Source: a virus
Direction: 5' to 3' (one strand)
IMG/VR virus record: IMGVR_UViG_3300047499_000102
Location: 34,011-98,010 of that record
Length of the DNA stretch: 64,000 bases
In this document: positions 50,530-58,884 of the stretch, piece after piece
Layout: each line of letters starts with the position of its first letter
Numbering within the stretch: position 1 is the first letter of the stretch
Notes under the pieces: model-generated
The model's database searches: none
What the model saw: the letters and a program-made list of their open reading frames with translations, nothing else
What the model was told of the DNA's origin: nothing
Program-made: the position numbers and the translations under genes

Positions 50530-50546
50530 CGCGCGTCGACCTTCGT

Positions 50547-51077
50547 TCAGGCGGCACGGGTTCGTCCCTTCGAGCGGCGCTGGGTCCACGGCTCGGCGAG
50601 CCGCTGCACAACGTCGCCGATGGCGAGCGTGGAGCCCGCGAGGGAGAGCGCGTAGTGGGCGCCGATGGGGCGCACGGCGAGGACCTGTCGCCGGCCGAGA
50701 CGCTCGGCGACGATGGTCAGGATGCCGCCCGGGCTCTCGATGCTCTCGCGCAGGTGGATGCCACGGGCTTCGAGCCGACGTCGCACGGCCTGGGCGAAGG
50801 TCTCGTCGAGGAGCGTCGGTCGCGGGGTTGGGGCGGGCGTGGTCGCGGGCGCCGAGTTCGGAGGGGGTACTGCCTCGCCGCTCGAATCGCACCAGCGCAC
50901 GCCGAAGGCGCCATACCCGCCGCGCCTCTTGAAGACGCCCGCGGTCCAGAGCCAGCAGGGGCCCAACTCGTGGCGGACCACGGGCCCCGCCTTGTCGACC
51001 TTCGTCCAGAACCTACGCGCGATGCGGATGGCGTCGCGCAGCAGGACCAGTGCCGCGTTCGCATTCATGGGAGCCAT
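50547..51077 (-). CDS. Chimeric ORF: HNH homing-endonuclease N-terminal fragment plus unrelated C-terminus
   Basis: RFWTKVDK.G......CWLWT.......GYG.F with no downstream HNH catalytic motif. Confidence 0.5.
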   Translation of the reverse strand: MAPMNANAALVLLRDAIRIARRFWTKVDKAGPVVRHELGPCWLWTAGVFKRRGGYGAFGVRWCDSSGEAVPPPNSAPATTPAPTPRPTLLDETFAQAVRRRLEARGIHLRESIESPGGILTIVAERLGRRQVLAVRPIGAHYALSLAGSTLAIGDVVQRLAEPWTQRRSKGRTRAA

Positions 51078-51085
51078 CCTTGGCT

Positions 51086-52282
51086 TCAGGACGGCGCGAC
51101 TGACCTTCGCGCTTCCTTGTAGGCGAGCGACGACTCGCCGACGACTTCATCGCACGATCGACGCAGCTGGTCCAGCCACGACTCGTCGTGCTCGCGCGAG
51201 CGCAGCAGGGTGACCACGGTGGGGGCACCGACCGCCTTGGTCGCGACCTGCGCCCTCTCCGTAAACTCCGCGACACATAGAAGCTCGTCGGTGGCGTGCA
51301 GCCAGTCTGCCTGCCAGCCTTTCTGGACGCATGCGAGGAAGCTCGGCCCGCGCTCGAAGTAGAAGCGGCGCAGGATGCGCCGGTGGGTCGGCATGATGAG
51401 CGAGAGCGCCGATCCCGCACGCTCCATGCCTGCGCGCTGTCGCGACGAAACGCCATCGTGCCCGTCGCTCGTGGCGTAATGGCCCGCCTGGTTGTCGGAG
51501 CAGTAGCACTGGTGGAGTTCCGCTTCGAGCGCCTCGTCCTGCTTGCGCCACTGATCCATCTTGAGGGCGAGGCGCCGCTCGTGAATGGTCGAGCGCACGC
51601 GAGCGAGCGTGGACATCGTAAGGTCGCCGCGCTCGCGCGCGGGATCTTCCGCCGGCGACAGAGCTTCGTCCTCGGGCCTGCGCACGATCCTCACCTCGTA
51701 GCCCGTCCACTCCCGCTGGGCATCGGTGAGGCGATCTGGCGCGAAGGTCATCGTCATCGACACGATGCCGGTCCCGTCGCCGGGAGGTGTCTTCGAGGAT
51801 CGCTCCATCTTGATCGCGTCCGGCATGGGCGGCACATCGACGGCTACCCGCTCCACCTTGCCGTAGACCTGGAGCATCTTGAGGGCGCGGCGAGCCTCGT
51901 AGACCGTCGCCTTGCCCTTCTGCGCCGCGACGATGCGAAGCAGCGCGCCTTCAGGCATCCGACCACCGGCGCGCAGAAGCTCGTCGAGGATGTCGCTCCG
52001 TACCTCGTCGCGAGGGGGAGCGCGAAGCAGGCGCGCCTCGACGGCGCCGTGCACGCTGCGCTGGCCGATGCTGGAGTCGTACATGCCCCAGAGGTCATTC
52101 AACTCGTCGAGCTCCACGCGATTCAGGCGGTCGAACCGCCGACGCTGCGCGGGCTTCTGCCTCCCCTCGAAGCTCTCCGTCCCCCGTGTCCCTCCGACAG
52201 CGCGGACGACCCGCTGTCGTACCCCCTTGCTGCGAACAGCCGACCCGGCCTCCAGGTCGTTCACGTCGAAGGCAATCGCCAT
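51086..52282 (-). CDS. Hypothetical protein, possible transcriptional regulator
   Basis: SD AAGGAG; wHTH-like central segment and AL.L....HRRIL..FY segment reminiscent of sigma region 4. Confidence 0.5.
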   Translation of the reverse strand: MAIAFDVNDLEAGSAVRSKGVRQRVVRAVGGTRGTESFEGRQKPAQRRRFDRLNRVELDELNDLWGMYDSSIGQRSVHGAVEARLLRAPPRDEVRSDILDELLRAGGRMPEGALLRIVAAQKGKATVYEARRALKMLQVYGKVERVAVDVPPMPDAIKMERSSKTPPGDGTGIVSMTMTFAPDRLTDAQREWTGYEVRIVRRPEDEALSPAEDPARERGDLTMSTLARVRSTIHERRLALKMDQWRKQDEALEAELHQCYCSDNQAGHYATSDGHDGVSSRQRAGMERAGSALSLIMPTHRRILRRFYFERGPSFLACVQKGWQADWLHATDELLCVAEFTERAQVATKAVGAPTVVTLLRSREHDESWLDQLRRSCDEVVGESSLAYKEARRSVAPS

Positions 52283-52531
52283 GTGACCCGCTCCTTGGCG
52301 CCAGCGAGTCCAGCTCGCTACCGCTACTGCATCTTGTACGCCAAGAGGGATCTGTCGTCCACCCAACCTCACGAGATCGTGGCTGGTTCTTCGGGCACCA
52401 ACAGGTGACGGTGACGTCGGCCGCAGGACGGGCAGCACGTGGTTTCGCATCGCTGAGCGTCTTGATCTACCGTGGAAGAGCGTGCGCAATCTCAGCCTTC
52501 GAGAAATCGTCCACCTGCTTCGGAACAAGCG

Positions 52532-52723
52532 ATGAGCCTCGACGACCGACTCGCCATCGCCGAGGACATCATCTCGCCATTCCAGCTCCACGGGCGCATC
52601 GCGATCGCGGCGATCCGGGAGGCGAGGGCGAGGCTGAAGGAGCTGGAGCCGAAGGTGTGCGAGAAGTGTGGGTACGCCGACAGCGCGTACGTGCCTAGCG
52701 GCATTCACGTGTGCGGAGCCTAG
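52532..52723 (+). CDS. Small zinc-ribbon protein
   Basis: MSLDDRL...EARARL...CEKCG...H.C. Confidence 0.55.
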   Translation: MSLDDRLAIAEDIISPFQLHGRIAIAAIREARARLKELEPKVCEKCGYADSAYVPSGIHVCGA

Positions 52724-52725
52724 CC

Positions 52726-52950
52726 GTGACGCTCGACGAACGCCTGCACCACGTCATCAAGATGCTCGACGTGGCCGAACGGGTCACGGGCGGCAGCTTC
52801 TTCGAGGAGCGGCAGGCGGTGGAGGAAGCTCGCGCGCTGCTGCGGGCGAACCTGACGCCGGGGTTCATGTGCGGCGCATGCGGCGTGTTCACCGGGACCG
52901 CGAAAGAAAACCACCAAGCATGCCGCGCGTGCGGAAAGGAGAGACCGTGA
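52726..52950 (+). CDS. Small zinc-ribbon protein
   Basis: TLDERL...EARALL...CGACG...CRACG. Confidence 0.6.
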   Translation: MTLDERLHHVIKMLDVAERVTGGSFFEERQAVEEARALLRANLTPGFMCGACGVFTGTAKENHQACRACGKERP

Positions 52951-53138
52951 GCGCAAAGGAGCAATCGATCTTCGAGGCCCTGCTCATCATGAGCTTACAA
53001 CGCCGGCCGCTCGCACGGCGAGACCAACACGATGCCGGTGGCTGAAGGTCGACAGGTCGTCGTCGAGCAACTGTCGAAGCTCGTAGAGCACGTGGACCCA
53101 GGCGACCTGGTTCTGCCTGTGAAGGGGCTCATCACGCC

Positions 53139-53399
53139 ATGAACCTCGACGACATCTCCGTCACCGCAGGCGTCGGCCGCGACGTCCTTGAATCCAGGAT
53201 CGCGCTACTGGTCGCGCGCGTCCGTCAACTGCAGGCCGACATCGCCCAGACCGACGCCGTGCTTGCGCGAGTGACGGCGAGCAACGCGCAGCTCGTCGAG
53301 AACATGGGCAGCACGCAGCGGCGCTGTACGGAGCTGCTGGAGCAGACCAGGACGCTGCTGGCGTGTGGGTACCCGATCGGCAGCAAGAGCCAGACGTGA
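53139..53399 (+). CDS. Coiled-coil hypothetical protein
   Basis: Heptad pattern; GTGA overlap with next ORF. Confidence 0.55.
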   Translation: MNLDDISVTAGVGRDVLESRIALLVARVRQLQADIAQTDAVLARVTASNAQLVENMGSTQRRCTELLEQTRTLLACGYPIGSKSQT

Positions 53400-53698
53400 A
53401 GACGGTCGCCGCCCTATTCGTCGCCACGGGCGGCTGCTACTTCGGTCTGCCCGGAGTTGACCCGTGGGACGCCATGAGGGACGCGCGGCTGTACGCCGGG
53501 CCTCACCCGGTGGTGGTCGACCCATCGGGCCCGGCTGGAGTCTGACGGCACGACCGAACGAGTGGACCTGCGAGGTCTGGCAGAGCGCCTACGGGCACGC
53601 GGCACGCAAGCGCACGTGGCTGTACTATGTCGGCAACACTCGACCGCCCGAGCTCCGACGGGAGGCATCGGCAACTCCGGTGGCGTTCCGAGACATGG
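53396..53698 (+). pseudogene. Internally deleted paralog of the 49018-49635 methyltransferase
   Basis: [33 protein letters not shown], frameshift, [26 protein letters not shown]; the PPC region is missing. Confidence 0.85.
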
Positions 53699-53704
53699 GG
53701 CGCA

Positions 53705-53832
53705 GGCAAGCGCGCAGCGCGAGGCGAACGGCTCGGGAACGGTCGGGAGCTGGTGCCCCTGGTCGCACCGTTGCCCGAGATCGGTCGAGCCAAGAGCACG
53801 CTCGCTCGCGCGGAGGCACTGAACATAGGAAT
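53705..53832 (+). repeat. 128-bp repeat A, copy 1 (inverted relative to 56746-56873)
   Basis: Manual alignment: 125/128 identical. Confidence 0.95.
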
Positions 53833-53940
53833 CGGCGCGGCCCATGTCATCAGCGAACAGGCTCTTGGCAAGCTTCTCGGCGGTCATCGTCTCATCCTCC
53901 GTCCGGGCTCCGTGCCCGGCATCTGTTGTCGTACACATGC

Positions 53941-54423
53941 TCATCGCCTCCTGATGTGCGGCAGCGGGGCGACCCCTGGCCTCACGAGCGCGCCCTCGAA
54001 GTCGAAGAAGTTCAGGCGCCCCTTGACGGGCACGCGCTCGACGGTGCGCACGCTGCGCAGCTCCCAGACGTACTCACGCGGCAGCTGGCAGCGCAGGCAG
54101 CGCTCCTTGCCCCTGCCGTCCCACTCATGCAGCCCGTCTTGCGCGTCCCCGCGCAGGCACGTCGAGGGTGAGCACCACGCCCCGTCAGCGTCGCTCGCCT
54201 CGAACGGGCGGCAGTCGACGAGATCGACGATGCACATGGTCACCCCGAGCGCGGGCGGGCCCTCGATCTCGATGCGGCTCGCGTCGACGTCGCGCGAGGG
54301 CGAAGCGCTGGAGCAGATGAGCAGCTGCCCGCGCATCTTCGTCCGCCACGTTCGGATCTCGTAGGGCTTGAGCCCCCACGAGATGAGCCCCGACCACGGG
54401 TGCTTGACCATCAGGGCACGCAT
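53941..54423 (-). CDS. ASCH domain protein
   Basis: AL.VK.PW..LI..G.K.YEIR.W.T..RG.LLI; Y.W.L..VR....PVKG.L. Confidence 0.85.
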   Translation of the reverse strand: MRALMVKHPWSGLISWGLKPYEIRTWRTKMRGQLLICSSASPSRDVDASRIEIEGPPALGVTMCIVDLVDCRPFEASDADGAWCSPSTCLRGDAQDGLHEWDGRGKERCLRCQLPREYVWELRSVRTVERVPVKGRLNFFDFEGALVRPGVAPLPHIRRR

Positions 54424-54689
54424 GTGGCGCCTCCCTCCTCGTACTCGAAGCAGGCGAGCATGTAGCCGTCCCGCGCGTAGACTTCGACGCTCTTGCCTAT
54501 CTTGTTGGCGAGCGCCTGAGCCCCGAGCGCGTACGCGCGACGCACCCCGGACCAGATACGGGCGTCCACGTTCTCGGGCCACACGTGGCGCAGCGTGACC
54601 ACGCGCCTTGAGCGCGACACGCGCGCGACGTCGGCGAGCGTCAGCGGCAACCCGCTGAGGCCGCAGTTTTCGATCGTTGTCTTGTTCAT
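54411..54689 (-). CDS. Hypothetical protein
   Basis: SD GGAGG; ATGA coupling. Confidence 0.6.
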   Translation of the reverse strand: MNKTTIENCGLSGLPLTLADVARVSRSRRVVTLRHVWPENVDARIWSGVRRAYALGAQALANKIGKSVEVYARDGYMLACFEYEEGGATCVP

Positions 54690-54892
54690 CGTCCGTCCTC
54701 CCTCGCAGCAGGCGCGAAACTCGCCAACTCGCGCTTCAGCAGATCGGCGGCGGCGGCGAGCTTCTGCTTCGCGCGCCACTCGGCCATCCCCGGCAACTCG
54801 GGCTCCCCAGGGGACGGCGCGAGCACGAGCGGCGCGGCCCCTTCGTTCAGTATCGACTGGCGCATCAGGCGGCTCCTCGGCGGTTCAATCAT
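54686..54892 (-). CDS. Hypothetical protein
   Basis: Small ORF within the operon. Confidence 0.45.
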   Translation of the reverse strand: MIEPPRSRLMRQSILNEGAAPLVLAPSPGEPELPGMAEWRAKQKLAAAADLLKRELASFAPAAREDGR

Positions 54893-54969
54893 GGTAGCGA
54901 TCTTCTCGTCGGCTGCGTCCTGCAGCGCGGCGACGACTTCGTTGGGGTGGCTCTCGGCGTAGTTTGCGG

Positions 54970-55194
54970 TCAGCCCACGGCTCGGCGAGCGCCCGGTGTA
55001 GGCGCTCGACGCGTGCTCGTTCTGGGCTCGCGCGAGCGGCAGTAGCCGCTGCCCCCCGCGCAGCTGCGCCCCGGGCGGTTGTACGGGGCCCCTCGCTCGT
55101 AGTCGGGCGAGACGATCGCGGTGATCGGCTTCGCGCTACGCAGCAGGCGCGGCGGGATCTCGCGGGTGAACTGGCGGGCCATGGCGGCGTTCAT
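54970..55194 (-). CDS. Hypothetical basic protein
   Basis: SD AAGGAG. Confidence 0.45.
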   Translation of the reverse strand: MNAAMARQFTREIPPRLLRSAKPITAIVSPDYERGAPYNRPGRSCAGGSGYCRSREPRTSTRRAPTPGARRAVG

Positions 55195-55220
55195 CGGTGA
55201 CTCCTTGTGGGCGACTCAGT

Positions 55221-55268
55221 GTCGCGACGTCTGCCCCCCTCACGTCGAGAGGGGCAGGGGGTCGCGAC
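55221..55268. terminator. Long intergenic stem-loop after the DUF932 gene
   Basis: GTCGCGAC..CTGCCCC.CTC / GAG.GGGGCAG..GTCGCGAC; no U tract. Confidence 0.4.
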
Positions 55269-55273
55269 GCGAG

Positions 55274-56290
55274 CTACGCGGCAGCGGCCATCGCGCAGGC
55301 GGTCGAGAGAAACTGGCGGTTGTACTGCATGGCGTCGTTGAACTGCGCGGCGAGGCGGTTCTCGTCGGTCTTGCCGCGCTGGTGGGTGAGGTACTCGGTG
55401 GCGGCGTTGTACGCGGCCCACCACGTGCCCTTCACGCCTCGCATCGTGTTGCCCTTGCCGCTCTCGAAGTTCTCGCGGATGGCGTCGACGCAGCGGGAGG
55501 AGAAGTCGTTTTCGCTCGTCGCGGCGGTCGCGTCGTCGAGGATGGCGTTGACAAGCTCGCTCGACGTCTCGGGGGCCTTCGCCTTCTTCCCGACGGGCGC
55601 GGGGCGCTTGAACACCACGTTGACGTACTTCGCGAGATCGTCGCCCGTGCACTTCACGCGGGCGAGGAAGCGATACCGCTCGGCGGTCGCTTCGAACTGG
55701 GCGTTGGCGAGGTTCATCGCGTCGCGCACGGCGACGAGCACGTCCTCGACGTTGCGCGTGTGGCGGACGCGAATGAGCTTGCTGTTGGTGGCCATCGAGA
55801 GCGTGTTGGCGCAGACGACGCGAACAGGCGTGAACCCGACGCGCACGGCGAACTTGCCATCGTGGGCGTTCGACAGGATGACGTACTTCAGCACGTCGTC
55901 CCCCTTGACGATGGTCATGGGGTCTCGGTTCAGCTTCGCAAGCACCCAGATGCGTGAGCCCCCGAAGAGCGATCCCGCGGTCTCGATGCTGGCTTCCTTC
56001 GCCTCGAGGAACGGGTCGAACCAAGAAAACGCCTCGGCGTTCTGCAGGGGCGTCCACGCGGGGCCGACAACGCCGAAGATCTTCCCGTCGCTCTTTCGGT
56101 AGCAGGCCTTGTGGCTGACGGGCTCCCCGTCGCTCGTCTGCAGAGCCTTCAGGCCGACTTCCCAGTCCATCCCCGCGCACTTCATCGCTTCGGCAGTCGT
56201 GGGTGGCGCGTCGAGCTTGATCCCGAGCTTGTGCCACGGGGTCTTGCCAACGTAGATCATCGAGCGAGCGCTTTCGAGCATGTGAGCCAT
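55274..56290 (-). CDS. DUF932 (LGT TIGR03299-like) phage/plasmid protein
   Basis: MAH......Y....PWH.LG, DWEV, LQN.EAF, ETAGSL.GG, N.HDG, TPVRVVC.NTL, RHT, GT.W.AYNA.TEY..H. Confidence 0.9.
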   Translation of the reverse strand: MAHMLESARSMIYVGKTPWHKLGIKLDAPPTTAEAMKCAGMDWEVGLKALQTSDGEPVSHKACYRKSDGKIFGVVGPAWTPLQNAEAFSWFDPFLEAKEASIETAGSLFGGSRIWVLAKLNRDPMTIVKGDDVLKYVILSNAHDGKFAVRVGFTPVRVVCANTLSMATNSKLIRVRHTRNVEDVLVAVRDAMNLANAQFEATAERYRFLARVKCTGDDLAKYVNVVFKRPAPVGKKAKAPETSSELVNAILDDATAATSENDFSSRCVDAIRENFESGKGNTMRGVKGTWWAAYNAATEYLTHQRGKTDENRLAAQFNDAMQYNRQFLSTACAMAAAA

Positions 56291-56311
56291 AATGATTCGG
56301 TCTCCTTGTTG

Positions 56312-56677
56312 TCATGCAGCCGCGAGCATGCGGCCCAGTTGGCGATTGAGGGGGGCGCGCGTCAGACGACGCACGCGCGCGGCGACACCCGTCGTGTCGA
56401 CGTGACGCATGCGCAAGAATGCGAGGAACGCGCGAAGCGACAGCGCGCGCTTCGCGCTGTTGCAGCTGAGACACGCGGTTACGAGGTTCGCGTGGTCGTT
56501 CGTCCCCCCGAGCTCGCACGGCAGAACGTGGTCGATCGTCAGAACGGCCCCGCGCTTCGCGCTCGCGCGACAGTAGACGCAGCAAAAGCCGTCGCGCGCG
56601 TACAGCGCAAGGCGCGTCGAGCGACGCAGCCACTTCGACCCCTGCCCCGGCTTGCGTGCTCGCGCGTTCGTCGTCAT
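56312..56677 (-). CDS. HNH endonuclease (McrA-like)
   Basis: RDG..C.YC, LTIDHV.P...GG.N...NLVTAC..CN..K. Confidence 0.9.
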   Translation of the reverse strand: MTTNARARKPGQGSKWLRRSTRLALYARDGFCCVYCRASAKRGAVLTIDHVLPCELGGTNDHANLVTACLSCNSAKRALSLRAFLAFLRMRHVDTTGVAARVRRLTRAPLNRQLGRMLAAA

Positions 56678-56687
56678 CACGAGATAC

Positions 56688-56763
56688 ACAATAACGCACC
56701 CCACCCGGGGTGCAATATCTTTGCCTGCTGTCGATGGGCTTTTCCATTCATACGTTCAGTGCT
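56688..56763 (-). promoter_or_regulatory. Leftward promoter candidate (repeat B copy, 56697-56763)
   Basis: TTGCAC-16 bp-TATTGT with CACCCC-N4-GGGGTG palindrome; GTG/ATG 7-10 nt downstream. Confidence 0.5.
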
Positions 56764-56873
56764 TCCGCGCGAGCGAGCGTGCTCTTGGCTCGACCGATCT
56801 CGGGCAACGGTGCGACCAGGGGCACCAGCTCCCGACCGTTCCCGAGCCGTTCGCCTCGCGCTGCGCGCTTGCC
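56746..56873 (-). repeat. 128-bp repeat A, copy 2
   Basis: Reverse complement of 53705-53832 with 3 mismatches. Confidence 0.95.
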
Positions 56874-56931
56874 CTGGCTTTTCCGGGGAACCGCCACGAT
56901 CGCGCGGGAGTGCGACATGGACACGCACCCG

Positions 56932-56998
56932 AGCACTGAACATAGGAATGGAAAAGCCCATCGACAGCAGGCAAAGATATTGCGCCCCGGGTGGGGTG
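56932..56998 (+). repeat. 67-bp repeat B, inverted copy of 56697-56763; rightward promoter candidate
   Basis: 64/67 identical; followed by TATGCT and an ATG 7 nt later; -35 spacing is non-canonical. Confidence 0.9.
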
Positions 56999-57174
56999 TA
57001 TGCTCGACACGATGACGCGCGCGAGCGCAAACACTGAGGAGTGCTGACCATGATCTCGCTGTCCCCCTTCGCTGCTCTCGCTCTCGTCGCTCTCACCCCC
57101 GACCGCGTCGAGCGCAGCCTGCATTACTCGTGCGGCGTCTTTTCTCCCGCCGTGCAGTCTGTCGAGGCCGCCTC

Positions 57175-57408
57175 GTGAAGACCGACCGCCTCGACGTCGT
57201 GCGTGCCGCCTGCGCTGCGCTCGGGCTGCGCCCCGCGTACCTCGGAGAGATCGAGACCGCGATCGTCATCGTCGACGGCGTGAAGGTCGCTGCGACCGAC
57301 GCGCCCTCGCCGACCTTTCTCGCGGGGCCCGGGCTCATCGAGCGCGAGTGCCAGCCCGTGAGCCGCATCCACTCCGATCTCTACGCCTACGAGAACGGTC
57401 GCCGATAA
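57175..57408 (+). CDS. Hypothetical protein (possibly frameshifted at 3' end)
   Basis: GTG start, KTDRLDVVRAAC...; GC-rich third codon positions. Confidence 0.4.
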   Translation: MKTDRLDVVRAACAALGLRPAYLGEIETAIVIVDGVKVAATDAPSPTFLAGPGLIERECQPVSRIHSDLYAYENGRR

Positions 57409-57510
57409 GCGCCAGTACGTCGAGGAAGTGCAGGGGCGGATCTACAGGTTCCGGCGGGCTATGCACCCACCGAACATCCACGACTGGCACCAGGGGATCG
57501 ATGCCGTCGA

Positions 57511-57894
57511 GTGCTCGCCGCGGAAAGCGTGCGCGTCGTGCTGACGTGGCAAGCCGTGCACGACGAGCTCGCGCGTCGGCCGCCGCGAACGGTGGTCACG
57601 CTGGCGCGCGACGCTCTCCCCGATCCTCGCGCGCTGGGAGCTCGCGCGAGCATCGGGCTTCCCCGTGGCCAGGGGGCCGATCTGCGATTTGCCCCCGATG
57701 CTTCGTGCCGTGGCCTGCACGTGCAGGCGTTCGGCGATCACTGGGAAGCGCACCTCGACCAGGTGCACCCGGAGTGCGACTTGCTCGGCCACCTGCGGCG
57801 CGATGCGCCGGCCGCGCTCGTCGCGCTCGTGGCGGGTGGAACGTTGGCTTTCATCGCCGCCGCGACGCACTACCGCGCCGCGCGGCTCGCGTAG
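57511..57894 (+). CDS. Hypothetical protein with C-terminal TM helix
   Basis: HLDQVHP...LLGHLRRDAP followed by a hydrophobic tail. Confidence 0.55.
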   Translation: MLAAESVRVVLTWQAVHDELARRPPRTVVTLARDALPDPRALGARASIGLPRGQGADLRFAPDASCRGLHVQAFGDHWEAHLDQVHPECDLLGHLRRDAPAALVALVAGGTLAFIAAATHYRAARLA

Positions 57895-57908
57895 AGACGG
57901 GGTGATCC

Positions 57909-58628
57909 ATGCCGGTAGCCAAGGCGCTCGACAAAAAGTGGCTTCTTCGTGAGCTCGAACGCGATCGGAAGAAGAAGGCGCGCGAGAAGATCGCGAGCCT
58001 CGCCGCGCAGCTCCGCGAGGCACGACAACGCCGAAAGGTCGCGCTCCGCGAGGCGAAGGAACGTTGCCGCGCCGAGCGCATCGCCGCGCGCGAGAGGGCC
58101 CGCGCGATGCGCTTGCGCGTGCTCGAGGAGCTCCGCGAGTCGATGCGCGCCGAGCGCCTGGGCGCGCGCCAGGCGTGCACGGTGCGCCTCGGCGAAGCCC
58201 GTGGGATCAAGGACTCCATTTTGCGAGCTCGCGCCGAGCTCCAGGCGGAGAAGAAATTCGAGGCGGACCTACGGCGCATCGAGCGCTCGAACCGCAAGCG
58301 TCGCCAAGAGGCCCCGCGGGTGACGCGCATCGAGCGCCAGTCGGAGAGCGACGACGAGGTCCGCGCGAACATCCCGCCCGAGCTCGTGGCCCTCTTCGAG
58401 CGTGTGAAGCGTGGGATCAAGGCTTCGCCGCGCATGTCGCGCACCGAAGCGTTTCTCCATTACGCGGAGGAGAACCCGGCCGACGTGCTCGACTCCATGG
58501 ACGACAAGACCGACGCCTTGATCCGCGAGCTCGAAGCCCAGCACAAGGAGGCGCGTCGTTCGCTTCGCCGGCCGGCCCCTCGCCGCCCGCAGTACAGCCC
58601 CGAGCAGCTCGCGGAGGTGCCGTTCTAG
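57909..58628 (+). CDS. Basic coiled-coil protein ending in EVPF
   Basis: Arg/Glu-rich heptads; SD-like GGGGTGA. Confidence 0.7.
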   Translation: MPVAKALDKKWLLRELERDRKKKAREKIASLAAQLREARQRRKVALREAKERCRAERIAARERARAMRLRVLEELRESMRAERLGARQACTVRLGEARGIKDSILRARAELQAEKKFEADLRRIERSNRKRRQEAPRVTRIERQSESDDEVRANIPPELVALFERVKRGIKASPRMSRTEAFLHYAEENPADVLDSMDDKTDALIRELEAQHKEARRSLRRPAPRRPQYSPEQLAEVPF

Positions 58629-58884
58629 GGGGGCGATGGAAAAAGTGCCCTCGTAAACGGCCCGCTGACGCGCGATCGCGAGGCGCCTGGGGGGGTGGGT
58701 GCCTCCCCGACGACGGCCTCTCTAAAGCCCGCGTAGCTCGCGTATCATCCGGCGCCAATCGGGGGCACTTTCACTGCTCCCCCTCGCCCATGCTCTACCC
58801 GAACCTCTCCTCCATCCCCCCCTTCATCCGGTCCGTCATCGCGCGGCGCCTCGCTTCCCCCGGCGAGCCGTGCGAGGCCGCCTC

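Larger units (their letters stand above)
1..57894 (-). mobile_element. Prophage/phage region with Mu-like contractile-tail (myovirus) morphogenesis module; boundaries not defined
   Basis: Ordered TerS-TerL-portal-protease-capsid-connector-sheath-tube-chaperone-tape measure-baseplate-fibre-lysis genes with many ATGA/GTGA overlaps. Left end runs off the window; right end is a guess (no att site or integrase seen). Confidence 0.9.

Noticed and set aside
53414-53944. Intact 176-aa gene
   Set aside because: Most of it reads through repeat A and antisense to the MTase pseudogene; only the first part looks like a truncated real gene.
53705-56998. CRISPR array or IS element
   Set aside because: Only 2-3 repeat copies, no regular spacers, no cas gene or transposase.
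1-57894. Transposable Mu-type phage
   Set aside because: Only the structural genes are Mu-like; no MuA/MuB, Mor/C or gin was recognised. The replication mode cannot be determined from this window.
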